Shown: in pieces, positions 19,780 to 29,207 of the stretch
Numbering within the stretch: the stretch's first letter is position 1
Layout of the letters: the number at the start of each line of letters is the position of its first letter
Assembly: GCA_039818205.1 (NCBI GenBank)
Contig: JBCBUK010000003.1
Location: forward strand, 192,001 to 256,000
Direction of reading: 5' to 3'
Origin: Verrucomicrobiota bacterium
Lineage (GTDB): Bacteria; Verrucomicrobiota; Verrucomicrobiia; Opitutales; Cerasicoccaceae
DNA length: 64,000 nucleotides
Program-made: the position numbers and the translations under genes
The notes under the pieces: model-generated
Database searches by the model: none
What the model saw: only the letters and a program-made list of their open reading frames with translations
Told to the model about the DNA's origin: nothing

Positions 19780-19942
19780 TGACTGTGCCTTCGAGGATCA
19801 AGGGTTCACAGTATTTGATGGCAGGAATTGGTAGTATAAAGCCGGTAAGAAAACGAACAAATTCTTCTATCCGACTGTTAAACGAGCAATAGCGTTTTAT
19901 CAGGCTCGTTCAGTTCGATCCAGTTAAAACAAATGTCAAACC

Positions 19943-21286
19943 TTAGGGCTCGGTGCTTTCGTGGGCGATCGCGGGAGATTGGGCCTGGTGGCGTGAGTCC
20001 TTGAGAACTTCGGCGAAGCCTAGAGAAACCGCCTCGATTAGGCGGCTGGCGTCTTCGCTTTCGGCGTTGGTGAGGACAACAAAACCGGTGCGATAGCCGG
20101 GATAAAGACCAATTGCGGCGGTTTGGCGGCCCTCGCTACCGGTCGCCATTATGATCTCGGTTTCTTCGTGGTATTGGCGGGACCAGCCAAGCCCAACGTG
20201 GGCTGAGCCTTGCACGGTTGCCGGTTGCCAACGTTCGCGCACGCTAACCGCCGAAGCGATGCGTTTGCCGCCCGGCGTGATGCCCTGCATAAGTTCGGTT
20301 TGCAGCCAGCGAACGGCATCATTCAACGAGAGTTTCAGGCCCAAGAGCGGTGTCAAAGGGTGGCGTTCATTGATTTCGGGGTAGGCCGGGTCATAGCTAA
20401 ACTCCGCGGGCACATGTCCGGTAGCAGTGTTCTCGGTGGCTTGCGCTTTCTGATTTGAGAAGGTGGCAGACTTCATGCCGATCGGGTCGATTAACTGCTC
20501 TTGCATGACGTCGATAAAGTTCGAGTAAAGGCTGCGGTTCCGATTTCCGATGACCATCGCGGTCAAGTAGCCGCCCACGGTGGCGCTGATTTGGCTGTGC
20601 CGATAGCGGCTACCAGGCGGTGACATGACGGGCGCCTGGCCGAGTAATGCAAAGACATCTTCCGGGCGGGCCCATTGGGGGTCGAAAATGTCATCGGTAT
20701 AGCCTGGGACGCCAGCGGTCATTGTTAGGAGGTCGCTGATTTGGCAGCTGCGCTGCGCACGAGCGTCAGTCATTCGAAATAGCGGACTAACGGAGGCTGC
20801 GGTTCGGCTGAAGATCGGATTGTCGGGACGATCGGCGGTTGCAGCAAGCAGGGTTGTGAAGGCGAGCGTTGACGGTCCCAAATTAAAAATCGTGTCTGCA
20901 TCAATTTCGGCGTCCTGCTGAATATTGCGTTTTCCGACGCAAAGCTCCAGGACGGCTCCGTCGGGCTGAACAATGGCGATGGCTGCACCCGGGAGCTGGT
21001 AGTCGCTCATCATCCCTTGCCAGAAAGCCGAAATTTCCTTGAGGGAGGCAGCCGAAAATTCTGGCGGTGGGGAGGCCTGAGGAAGGATTCTAACCGGGAT
21101 GCGGTCTTCAGGATCAACCTTGACCACAGACGGACGCGCCGGTTGTTCAATTGGAACTCCAAGACCGCCTCGTACGGGCACCCGCTGTCCATTCACTACT
21201 GAAACCAAAGCGGCAAAAACGATAAACTTTAGCAGGATCGGTTTCAAAATTGGAATGGGGAGTTGCAGTGGGAACAATGGACGCAT
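19943..21286 (-). CDS. Serine hydrolase / beta-lactamase-fold protein, probably catalytically inactive
   Basis: LPGAAIAIV, ISDLLTMTAG, LIDPIGM, GLGW scaffold present but SxxK site reads PSTL; start uncertain (ATG 21286 chosen). Confidence 0.8.
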   Translation of the reverse strand: MRPLFPLQLPIPILKPILLKFIVFAALVSVVNGQRVPVRGGLGVPIEQPARPSVVKVDPEDRIPVRILPQASPPPEFSAASLKEISAFWQGMMSDYQLPGAAIAIVQPDGAVLELCVGKRNIQQDAEIDADTIFNLGPSTLAFTTLLAATADRPDNPIFSRTAASVSPLFRMTDARAQRSCQISDLLTMTAGVPGYTDDIFDPQWARPEDVFALLGQAPVMSPPGSRYRHSQISATVGGYLTAMVIGNRNRSLYSNFIDVMQEQLIDPIGMKSATFSNQKAQATENTATGHVPAEFSYDPAYPEINERHPLTPLLGLKLSLNDAVRWLQTELMQGITPGGKRIASAVSVRERWQPATVQGSAHVGLGWSRQYHEETEIIMATGSEGRQTAAIGLYPGYRTGFVVLTNAESEDASRLIEAVSLGFAEVLKDSRHQAQSPAIAHESTEP

Positions 21287-21495
21287 TAAAATCCTTGAGC
21301 AATAATTTGTTAAATAACTTTCTATGATGCCGATTAGGCCAAATTGCAAGGTTCGTGCTGTTGCATTTCTGTAAAGTAACGATCTAATCAAATAATCTTT
21401 TTCTCCTACAATCGCGTAATGTACTTGAATTCATTGCAGCTGTAGTCTGCTCTGCATATACAATCGTTTTGTAAAAAAAATATTTACTCGGCTAA

Positions 21496-22671
21496 ATGTT
21501 ACACCAAAGACGTTCCATCTTCCCCCTGTTATTACTGGTATTTTTGGCCAGCAACCCTCTCGCAGCACAATTGCTATGTTACGAAGGTTTTGAGTACTCC
21601 GTTGTTCAGCAAACGCTTTCCCTGCGGCCAGTTACGAATAAAGGTCCAGACGGTGTTCCGTTGAAATATTTTGAGGAAATCGACACTCACGCGGTCCGTT
21701 CCCCCTATCAATACACGATACAGATTACACCGGGTAGTATTCCAACCAAGGGTTCGGCATTCCCATTCTCCCCCAAGGGAAATGCGCTGAGTTGGACCCG
21801 CGAGTGGATGGATGCTTACGGTACCATTGTTCCCACTTTTCAGTTTGATACCGCTCACGACAACCAGCCGATCTACTTCAGCTTTGCATTGCGGGCAAAT
21901 TCAGGTGGCAATCCGGTTCGGCAACTTGCGGTGGCGTTTTCCAACGGCAGTAGCAAGCGTTTCCAGATCGGCCTGGATGACTCGAACAATACCGGTAGCC
22001 CAAAGTTTTTTGCCTGTGCGGCGAACCCTCAGCCGAACTGGGATCGGTCCGACAAGGTTGGGTTTAAATACGACACGACTTATTTTGTCGTCGGAAAGCT
22101 GGAGACTGCTGAAAACGCCGACGATGTTATCCAAATGGCAGTATTTGCTCCTGGTCAGCAGGTGCCTCTCAATGAGGGCGGCGTTTCATGGCTTGCCGAA
22201 TCAGCCGAGTGGACTGACTTCCTGGTCACAACGGTTAGCTTTTCCATTTACGGAGGAAGTCCAGGCAAGGTTTTCCTTGATGAGCTGCGGATCGGATCCA
22301 CCTGGAAATCGGTTGCGGTTTCGGACATGCCCCTGGTTGCGACAGTCGAAAATACGACCACAGCGCCATCAACTGAAGCCACTGCCGAGGTCGAGGCCGG
22401 CTCGGGCGAGCCAACGTCTTCGCCAGTTGTGCTCGTGATCATCGGATTGGGTATTGTTGCATTTATCGGTGGTGGAGGTGCGTTTTTCTTTTTTGTGATC
22501 AAGCCCGGTATGGACCACGGCCCAGCAAAACCGCTTTCGGCGCCCAAGGGACCCTCGGCACCTGCGCCCAAGCCTTCGGCACCAGGGGGCGCTCCGAAGC
22601 CGTCACCCAAGCCTGCCGCGGCTTCCGAGGCGCCCAAGCCATCATTTCGTTCGCCGAAGAAACCGTCTTAA
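21496..22671 (+). CDS. Secreted beta-rich protein with C-terminal TM anchor and Pro/Lys/Ala-rich tail
   Basis: Signal peptide ending LAA, LCYEGFEY...DELRIGSTWKSV domain, Thr/Glu linker, TM VVLVIIGLGIVAFIGGGGAFFFFV, PKPSAP-type repeats. Confidence 0.75.
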   Translation: MLHQRRSIFPLLLLVFLASNPLAAQLLCYEGFEYSVVQQTLSLRPVTNKGPDGVPLKYFEEIDTHAVRSPYQYTIQITPGSIPTKGSAFPFSPKGNALSWTREWMDAYGTIVPTFQFDTAHDNQPIYFSFALRANSGGNPVRQLAVAFSNGSSKRFQIGLDDSNNTGSPKFFACAANPQPNWDRSDKVGFKYDTTYFVVGKLETAENADDVIQMAVFAPGQQVPLNEGGVSWLAESAEWTDFLVTTVSFSIYGGSPGKVFLDELRIGSTWKSVAVSDMPLVATVENTTTAPSTEATAEVEAGSGEPTSSPVVLVIIGLGIVAFIGGGGAFFFFVIKPGMDHGPAKPLSAPKGPSAPAPKPSAPGGAPKPSPKPAAASEAPKPSFRSPKKPS

Positions 22672-22749
22672 GCAATTGCTAGGCGGGCCGCGGATCTGAA
22701 AGATCTCTGGGACTTTCACGACCACCGTTGAAAGTTCTCAACGAAGAAC

Positions 22750-24147
22750 ATGCGATTATCCGTCCTATGCACCAGTGACCCTCCGCCTTCTCTGCTGATG
22801 CGGTTGCAGGACCTGGGTCACCACCCGGAAGCCGTTCCATTGGATACTATGCGGGCCTTGGACGGAAATACCTTGGACACGGTCTATCTGCTTTCGGTGG
22901 ATGAGCTCGATCATGAGCATTGGCCGGAACATCGTGTGAAATTGGCGCGGGGCAACCGGTTCTACTTAGTCTATGGGCGGGCATTGGGCTCGCGGCAGAT
23001 TGTTGATGCGGTTCGTGACGGCGCGCATGATGTTGTCGATACCAACGAGGATGATGGTCGATGGACCCAGGCAATCGATTCTTCGGCGCAAGCCCAAGCA
23101 CTGTGGTGGCAGTTGTACGGGGCGCAAGGTGAGATCGATCGTCGCAAACTGGTCGGGCGATCCCAGGCCATGCAGGTGCTGCGGGAGTCTATTCAGCGCA
23201 TTGGGCCGACGGATGCGACGGTTTTGATTATGGGCGAGTCCGGCACCGGTAAGGAGTTGGTGGCGGAATCGATTCACCAGACCTCTGGACGCGACCCCTT
23301 CGTCTCGGTTAATTGCGCCGCCATTCCGGCCGAGCTCATGGAGAGTGAGTTGTTTGGTGCGGAAAAGGGCGCCTACACCGGGTCAACAAGAACGAAGCCT
23401 GGGCTGGTCGAAGAGGCGGCTGGTGGAACCTTGTTTCTCGATGAAATTGGCGAGATGGAAATTTCCCTGCAACCGAAGCTCTTGCGATTCCTCGAAAGCC
23501 GCCGAGCGCGCCGGGTTGGGAGCACAAAAGAGTACGTTTCTGAAGTGCGGGTGATTTCAGCAACCAATCGTGACCTTCGGGCGGAATCACAACGTGGAGC
23601 CTTCCGTTTGGACCTCTACTATCGGCTTTCGGAGGTCATTTTGAACACGCCTCCCTTGCGTCATCGCCCGGAAGATGTCCCGGATCTGTCACGCTTGTTT
23701 TTGGAGGGCGCGGCGGTGCGCTTAGGCAAAAATTTTGAATCGCTGGAACCCGATCTGGTATTTCGTCTGCAACAGTATTCCTGGCCGGGTAACGTCCGTG
23801 AGCTGCGCCAATCGATTGAGCGATTGGCGATCTATTACGATGGCCCCGTCATGCGTAGTAATTGGTGGGCGGAGCCCCAACCGCCGGAAATGGAGCAGAA
23901 ATCGCGTCATCCGTTTGGGCAGCTTTCGCGGGAACGCGCCCAGCAATCTGCGGAGCCGGGCAGCCGCAACACGCCAATGCCGGCCCCAGCATCGACCCCC
24001 AATACCGGCGCCATGAATCGGAAACAGAAGCTTGAGTATGCGCGGCAGCTCTTGTTGGACAGCGATGGCGACTTGTCCTGGACGGCTGCTCAGTTGGGCA
24101 TTCACCCGACCACGCTCTATCGGTGGCGTCGCGACGGAAAGGTTTGA
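22750..24147 (+). CDS. Sigma-54-interacting (NtrC/Fis family) transcriptional regulator with degenerate receiver
   Basis: GESGTGKELVA, SELFG, GAYTGS, LFLDEIGE, FRLDLYYRL, WPGNVREL, C-terminal HTH TAAQLGIHPTTLYRW. Confidence 0.93.
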   Translation: MRLSVLCTSDPPPSLLMRLQDLGHHPEAVPLDTMRALDGNTLDTVYLLSVDELDHEHWPEHRVKLARGNRFYLVYGRALGSRQIVDAVRDGAHDVVDTNEDDGRWTQAIDSSAQAQALWWQLYGAQGEIDRRKLVGRSQAMQVLRESIQRIGPTDATVLIMGESGTGKELVAESIHQTSGRDPFVSVNCAAIPAELMESELFGAEKGAYTGSTRTKPGLVEEAAGGTLFLDEIGEMEISLQPKLLRFLESRRARRVGSTKEYVSEVRVISATNRDLRAESQRGAFRLDLYYRLSEVILNTPPLRHRPEDVPDLSRLFLEGAAVRLGKNFESLEPDLVFRLQQYSWPGNVRELRQSIERLAIYYDGPVMRSNWWAEPQPPEMEQKSRHPFGQLSRERAQQSAEPGSRNTPMPAPASTPNTGAMNRKQKLEYARQLLLDSDGDLSWTAAQLGIHPTTLYRWRRDGKV

Positions 24148-24222
24148 TTGGAATAATTTACCTTAGTTGCGAATCATTGATTTTACCATTTCCATTAACC
24201 TCGATTTTCATTTTCTAATTTT

Positions 24223-25341
24223 ATGGATCCACGTTACATTGAGTTGGCCAGTGTGCTGACCGCGTTTTCTACGAAGTTGCAACCCGGTGAGCATGTCCTG
24301 ATTGATTCCGCTAATGCGCCGACAGAGTTCGTTTTGGCACTTTGCCGGGCCGTCCGCGCGCAAAAGGCTGAACCGCACGTTGTCCAGCGCGATGCTCGGG
24401 TTCTCCGGGAGTTAGTCGCCAACGGAACCGAAGCGCAGTTCACGGCTTTTGCGGACAGCGAAATGCACCGGATGAAGCAGATGCAGGCTTACATCGCGGT
24501 TCGTGGGTCTGATAATATTTTTGAGAGCTCGGATGTGCCCGATGAGCGCATGAAGGCCTACATGAAGGCGATGCGCCCCGTGCTCAACCACCGGGTGAAT
24601 GAAACCAAATGGGTGGTGCTGCGTTGGCCGACACCGTCGATGGCCCAGCAGGCCTTGATGTCGACCGAGGCGTTTGAGGATTTCTTTTTCCGGGTCTGCA
24701 CCTTGGATTATGCCCGCATGGAACCCGGAATGGCTGCGCTCAAGCAATTGATGGAAAGCACGGATCGGGTCGAGCTCATTGGGCCGAATTGCGATCTGCG
24801 TTTTTCGATTCGTGATATCCCGGCAATCAGCTGCGGCGGCGAATACAACATCCCGGACGGCGAGGTGTTCACGGCCCCGATCAAGGATTCGGTCGAAGGG
24901 GAAATTACCTTTAATGCGCCAACGGTTTATCAGGGCACGTCGTTTGACCAGGTGTTCCTCAAATTTGAGAAGGGCAAAATCATCGATGCGAAGTGCAACG
25001 GTGACCAGTCGAAACTAGAGTCGATCTTGGATAGTGACGCGGGTTCTCGCTACATTGGCGAGTTTGCAATCGGGTTTAACCCGCACGTATTGCAGCCGAT
25101 GCGTGACATCCTTTTTGATGAGAAGATTGCGGGCTCGTTCCACTTTACGCCTGGCCAGGCCTACGAGGATGCGGACAACGGCAATCGCTCGCAGGTCCAT
25201 TGGGATTTGGTTAACATCCAGCGCGAGGATTGGGGCGGTGGAGAAATCCGCTTTGACGGAAATGTGATCCGCAAAAACGGCATTTTCCTTCTGGAAGAGC
25301 TCGAAAAGCTGAATCCCGAATACCTGCTGGGCAAGGACTAG
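24223..25341 (+). CDS. Aminopeptidase, M29 (AmpS/AmpT) family
   Basis: [38 protein letters not shown]. Confidence 0.92.
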   Translation: MDPRYIELASVLTAFSTKLQPGEHVLIDSANAPTEFVLALCRAVRAQKAEPHVVQRDARVLRELVANGTEAQFTAFADSEMHRMKQMQAYIAVRGSDNIFESSDVPDERMKAYMKAMRPVLNHRVNETKWVVLRWPTPSMAQQALMSTEAFEDFFFRVCTLDYARMEPGMAALKQLMESTDRVELIGPNCDLRFSIRDIPAISCGGEYNIPDGEVFTAPIKDSVEGEITFNAPTVYQGTSFDQVFLKFEKGKIIDAKCNGDQSKLESILDSDAGSRYIGEFAIGFNPHVLQPMRDILFDEKIAGSFHFTPGQAYEDADNGNRSQVHWDLVNIQREDWGGGEIRFDGNVIRKNGIFLLEELEKLNPEYLLGKD

Positions 25342-25347
25342 ACTACA

Positions 25348-25869
25348 TCAGCGGTGGCCCGTGCTGCCGGCCGCGACGCGGTTGGTCAGCTGGTCCCAGT
25401 TGTCTCCAACGACACGGTAGGCGGCGGCGAATCCAAGGACGACCCGCCCACTGCTTGGGACTAGTTTGATCATGTGAAAGTCGCCCATGTTGGCCAGCGT
25501 ATCGATCATTTCTCCGTGGCGTTCTCGCATCTGGCCCAGGAGCAGTTGGCATTCCTCGGAGTCACGGGAAATTTCTTCCGGTTTACACGTAAAGGTCGCG
25601 CGTCGGCGAGCGAAGAGTTGTTGAGTGGTTTTCTCGTCTTCGATGACCATGATACTCGCCGCGTGGCCGGTGCGCAGGTTTTGGGTGTGGCGCGCCATTT
25701 CGCTGACAAAAACGTAGAAATTGCCGCTTTCGTCTCGCAAAAACGGTGAATAGGAGGCCTCTGGGGTTGGCGATTCGCCTTGGGTTGCCAGCATCAGGGA
25801 ATGGGTTTCCTCGAGCAGCTTGGCATAATCCATCTCGGCGATTTTGAAGGTGTCGTTGTCCGTGGTCAT
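25348..25869 (-). CDS. HugZ/HutZ-like pyridoxamine 5'-phosphate oxidase family protein
   Basis: LATQG..PEASYSPF, FVSEMARHTQNL, LFARRR, GRVVLGFAAAY; start at MTTDND. Confidence 0.85.
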   Translation of the reverse strand: MTTDNDTFKIAEMDYAKLLEETHSLMLATQGESPTPEASYSPFLRDESGNFYVFVSEMARHTQNLRTGHAASIMVIEDEKTTQQLFARRRATFTCKPEEISRDSEECQLLLGQMRERHGEMIDTLANMGDFHMIKLVPSSGRVVLGFAAAYRVVGDNWDQLTNRVAAGSTGHR

Positions 25870-25999
25870 GCTGAGAGCTTGGCGTAAGATCCGTTGGGGC
25901 GAAAGCGGAAAATTATTAAGAGTTGTTTTGAGCACCCAAATTAACCGTTTGCCATTGAGCATCTGAACGTTAGAATCGTCACGAAATTATTTAACTCTT

Positions 26000-28450
26000 A
26001 TGGCTGATTCCCAACTCTCTGCACCGCTCCGTCGGACCCTGCTCCTCAAGATTATTTCGAACAAGGAACCGAAGCCGGAGGATGTGGATTCGGTGATTAA
26101 TTTGACCTCGACCAAGATCGTCGAGATCCTGCAGGCCCAATCGATGACGTTTTACCTCGTGCAGGGGTCCAAGATCCGATTCAAGCACGTCTACTATTCT
26201 CCGTCGTTATGGGGCGATGATCGCAGTCGGGAGAAAGAATTTACCGATAAGCGTGGGCATCTCATGGAACTGGAATTGCCGATCGGGACGGGCATCGTCG
26301 GTAAGGTTATTGAGCGGGGAGAGCCAGCTTTCTTTTCGCTGTCGAAGCAGAACACGCGTCCCATGTTTAACATGACCAAGGATACGGGTTTCGACGTGTC
26401 CTCGATGGTGACAGTTCCGCTGATCGGGAGTAAGTGCATTGGGGCGATTCAATTGCTCAACAAGGAGCCCGATGCGATCCACCCGGAGTTTCGCCGGGAT
26501 GACTTGAAGGTGTTGGAAGAAGTCGCCGAATACACGGCGCCTCTGATCCAGCGCATGATCGATCCGAAGTATGAGATGCCGGATGATAAGCTGGCGACTT
26601 ACATCGCGAAGTTTACCGACTCGCGCCTCATTCTGGATCGCAACGAGCTGGAAATTGACGAGAAGCTTTTTGAAGTTGTTGGGGAGGAAGTGATCCGCAA
26701 GACGGGCGTCATTCCGTTCAAGCAACTGACGCCGACGAGTGTTTCGGCCTTGATGGTCAATCCGTATGACTACCACTCCCGCGAGGAGTTTGAGCGGGTC
26801 TCGGAATTGAGCCTCGAGGAGGTGATGGTTGCTCCAGAATCTCTCATCGACAAGCTGTTAGGCGAATATTTCCAGTCTGAGGCAGCTCCCGAAATGAAAG
26901 CCTCGGACGACGAGGAAATCGCGGGCTTGGTTGATGTTATCGGTGCCGAATACGAAGGCGGAGTAGATTCCGCCGATGGTGATCTCGACGACGAGGACTC
27001 GGCGCCAATTATCACGCTTGCCAACCGCATCGTGGAAGATGCCTATGTCCTCGGGGCGTCGGATATTCACGTCGAGCCACAGGAGAACGATTTGATTGTT
27101 CGCTACCGGATTGACGGAGTTTGTCAGGAAAAGCTGCGCCTGCCCAAGCAGGTTTCTGGCGCATTGAGCGCCCGTTTCAAGATCATGAGTGAACTCGATA
27201 TTGCGGAGAAACGTCTTCCGCAGGACGGTCGTATCGTCTTCACGAAGTTCACGAAGAAGAATATTGATATCGACTTGCGGGTGGCAACTGGGCCGATGAA
27301 CTTTGGCGAGAAGATCGTTATGCGGATCTTGGATAAAACCAAGAGTGCCTTGCCGATTACCGCCTTGGGCTTTTCCGAATACAACCTTTCGAAGTATCGT
27401 GCCTGTATTCGCCAGCCGTATGGCATGATTTTGCACTGTGGTCCGACGGGTTCGGGTAAATCGATGACTTTGTTCTCGGCTCTGCGTGAAATCGCGACTC
27501 CCGATGTCAACATTCAGACTGCGGAGGACCCGATTGAGTATACCATCCCGGGGATCAATCAAATGCAGATGCACAAGCAGATCGGGTTGACGTTTGCTCG
27601 GGCGCTGCGGGCATATTTGCGGATGGACCCCGATATCATTCTGGTGGGTGAGATCCGGGACCAAGAAACGGCTGAGATCGCGGTTGAAGCGGCGTTGACG
27701 GGTCACTTGCTCCTATCGACGCTTCACACCAATGATGCGCCTTCGACCGTTGCCCGTTTTACCGATATGGAAATTGAGCCCTTTATGATTTCGGCTTCGC
27801 TTCTGGTGGTTTGTGCGCAACGTCTGATGCGACGGGTGTGTAAGAACTGTAAGGAAGAATACATGCCGGAAGGTAACGAGCTCGAGATTTTGCAGAAGGC
27901 TTTGCCAGAATGGGAGCCGAGCGAAATCTTTCGTGCTTCGGAATCGGGTTGTAAGGTCTGTGGCGGTAGCGGGTACAAAGGACGTGTCGGTATCCACGAG
28001 CTCATGCAAAACAGCGATGAGCTTGTCCGCGCGATCAATGAAAGCAAAGAGACTGCTGAGCTGAAAGACATCGCAATGCGCACCGGCATGTATACGCTTC
28101 ACCAAGACTCGATGCTGAAGGTCACCGAAGGCGTTTCGACCATCCTCGAATCGGTTTCGACCGTTCCGCCTGACATGCTGCATACTGACGACGAGGTCGC
28201 CAAGGAGCAGGCAGAGAAGATTCATGCAGACGAGGAGCGTTTGAAAGAGGCCGAGGCAATTGATATCGCGCCCAAGAAGACCGCCGAAGACCAGCCAGTA
28301 ACTGAGCAGACATCCGTAGCGGAAGTGATCGGTGATGATCTGGATGATCTGAGCATGGACGATCTTGGCGGTGAGGAAGAAATTGCCGAGCCAACATCTT
28401 CGAATGCGGCGGACGATGATGATCTTGCTGGCTTCTTGCCGAAGTCCTAA
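26000..28450 (+). CDS. GspE/PilB family secretion/pilus ATPase with N-terminal GAF domain and acidic tail
   Basis: GAF (GIVGKV, TGFDVSSMVTVPL, IGAIQLLNK); ASDIHVEP, EKRLPQDG, GPTGSGKS, TAEDPIEY, DPDIILVGEIRD, TGHLLLSTLH, two CxxC. Confidence 0.93.
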   Translation: MADSQLSAPLRRTLLLKIISNKEPKPEDVDSVINLTSTKIVEILQAQSMTFYLVQGSKIRFKHVYYSPSLWGDDRSREKEFTDKRGHLMELELPIGTGIVGKVIERGEPAFFSLSKQNTRPMFNMTKDTGFDVSSMVTVPLIGSKCIGAIQLLNKEPDAIHPEFRRDDLKVLEEVAEYTAPLIQRMIDPKYEMPDDKLATYIAKFTDSRLILDRNELEIDEKLFEVVGEEVIRKTGVIPFKQLTPTSVSALMVNPYDYHSREEFERVSELSLEEVMVAPESLIDKLLGEYFQSEAAPEMKASDDEEIAGLVDVIGAEYEGGVDSADGDLDDEDSAPIITLANRIVEDAYVLGASDIHVEPQENDLIVRYRIDGVCQEKLRLPKQVSGALSARFKIMSELDIAEKRLPQDGRIVFTKFTKKNIDIDLRVATGPMNFGEKIVMRILDKTKSALPITALGFSEYNLSKYRACIRQPYGMILHCGPTGSGKSMTLFSALREIATPDVNIQTAEDPIEYTIPGINQMQMHKQIGLTFARALRAYLRMDPDIILVGEIRDQETAEIAVEAALTGHLLLSTLHTNDAPSTVARFTDMEIEPFMISASLLVVCAQRLMRRVCKNCKEEYMPEGNELEILQKALPEWEPSEIFRASESGCKVCGGSGYKGRVGIHELMQNSDELVRAINESKETAELKDIAMRTGMYTLHQDSMLKVTEGVSTILESVSTVPPDMLHTDDEVAKEQAEKIHADEERLKEAEAIDIAPKKTAEDQPVTEQTSVAEVIGDDLDDLSMDDLGGEEEIAEPTSSNAADDDDLAGFLPKS

Positions 28451-28508
28451 CCCGAAGCATCAAAGAGTTTCTTTACTCGACGTTATCAAACCTCACACAG
28501 TTATCTAA

Positions 28509-29207
28509 ATGAAAATTGTTATTTTCTCTCTGTTTTTAGCAATTGCGCCGGCTTTTGTTCAAGCAAAGTCATCGGATCACGAGACGTTAACTAGTTCGCA
28601 GTGGATTTCCTTTGATGAGTTTCAAAAGTGGCAGCTAATGCCGGATCCGCCGCGGCCAGATTCGATCATACAGCAAAAAGATATGTATGTCATGGAGTGG
28701 ATGCAGCGTACGCGAACGCCCGAGCAAGTTGCTGAGGCGCGCAAGTTAGAGCATCTGGTTTGGACGAATTTTAGAGATCTGATCACAAGCTCAATCACTG
28801 ATCAGGAGGCGGAAGCCATTAGCACGTTGTTTGATTCGATGGCGGGGGAAATGGCACCGGTAATTTATCATTTCAAAGACTTATTTGACCGTCCGCGCCC
28901 GTATGCGGTGAATCTCGATTTGAGCCCGTGCGTATCTCTTGAGCACTCGATGTCGTATCCGAGTGGCCATGCCACTTGGGGTTACGCAGCGGGCATGCTG
29001 TTGGGAGACCTTTTTCCAAGTGATCAGGAGGCATTGCTGGAGCGGGGCAAACTTGTTGGTTATGCCCGCGTTATTGGCGGGGTTCATTATCCAACCGACG
29101 TGCTCTCGGGGGAACGCCTGGGTGAGGCCATGGCCGAATCCATCATGAAGACGGATGCCTGGAAGGCTTGGAAGTCGAAGCACGGATATCCGAAAAATGG
29201 CAAGTAG
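28509..29207 (+). CDS. PAP2 / class A acid phosphatase, secreted
   Basis: Signal peptide; KDLFDRPRP, SYPSGH, ARVIGGVHYPTD. Confidence 0.92.
   Translation: MKIVIFSLFLAIAPAFVQAKSSDHETLTSSQWISFDEFQKWQLMPDPPRPDSIIQQKDMYVMEWMQRTRTPEQVAEARKLEHLVWTNFRDLITSSITDQEAEAISTLFDSMAGEMAPVIYHFKDLFDRPRPYAVNLDLSPCVSLEHSMSYPSGHATWGYAAGMLLGDLFPSDQEALLERGKLVGYARVIGGVHYPTDVLSGERLGEAMAESIMKTDAWKAWKSKHGYPKNGK

Noticed and set aside
21345..21360. Sigma-54-like promoter CAGCACGAACCTTGCA on the minus strand
   Set aside because: The invariant -24 GG is AG, so it cannot be supported without data
22520..22670. Repeated CCCAAGCC-like DNA units
   Set aside because: Explained by the coding PKPSAP low-complexity tail; not a CRISPR array or independent repeat
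26858..27706. 282-aa antisense ORF, and similar shadow ORFs within purB, uvrA, nrdD, the his genes and gltA
   Set aside because: Fully contained opposite well-supported genes; expected from codon bias
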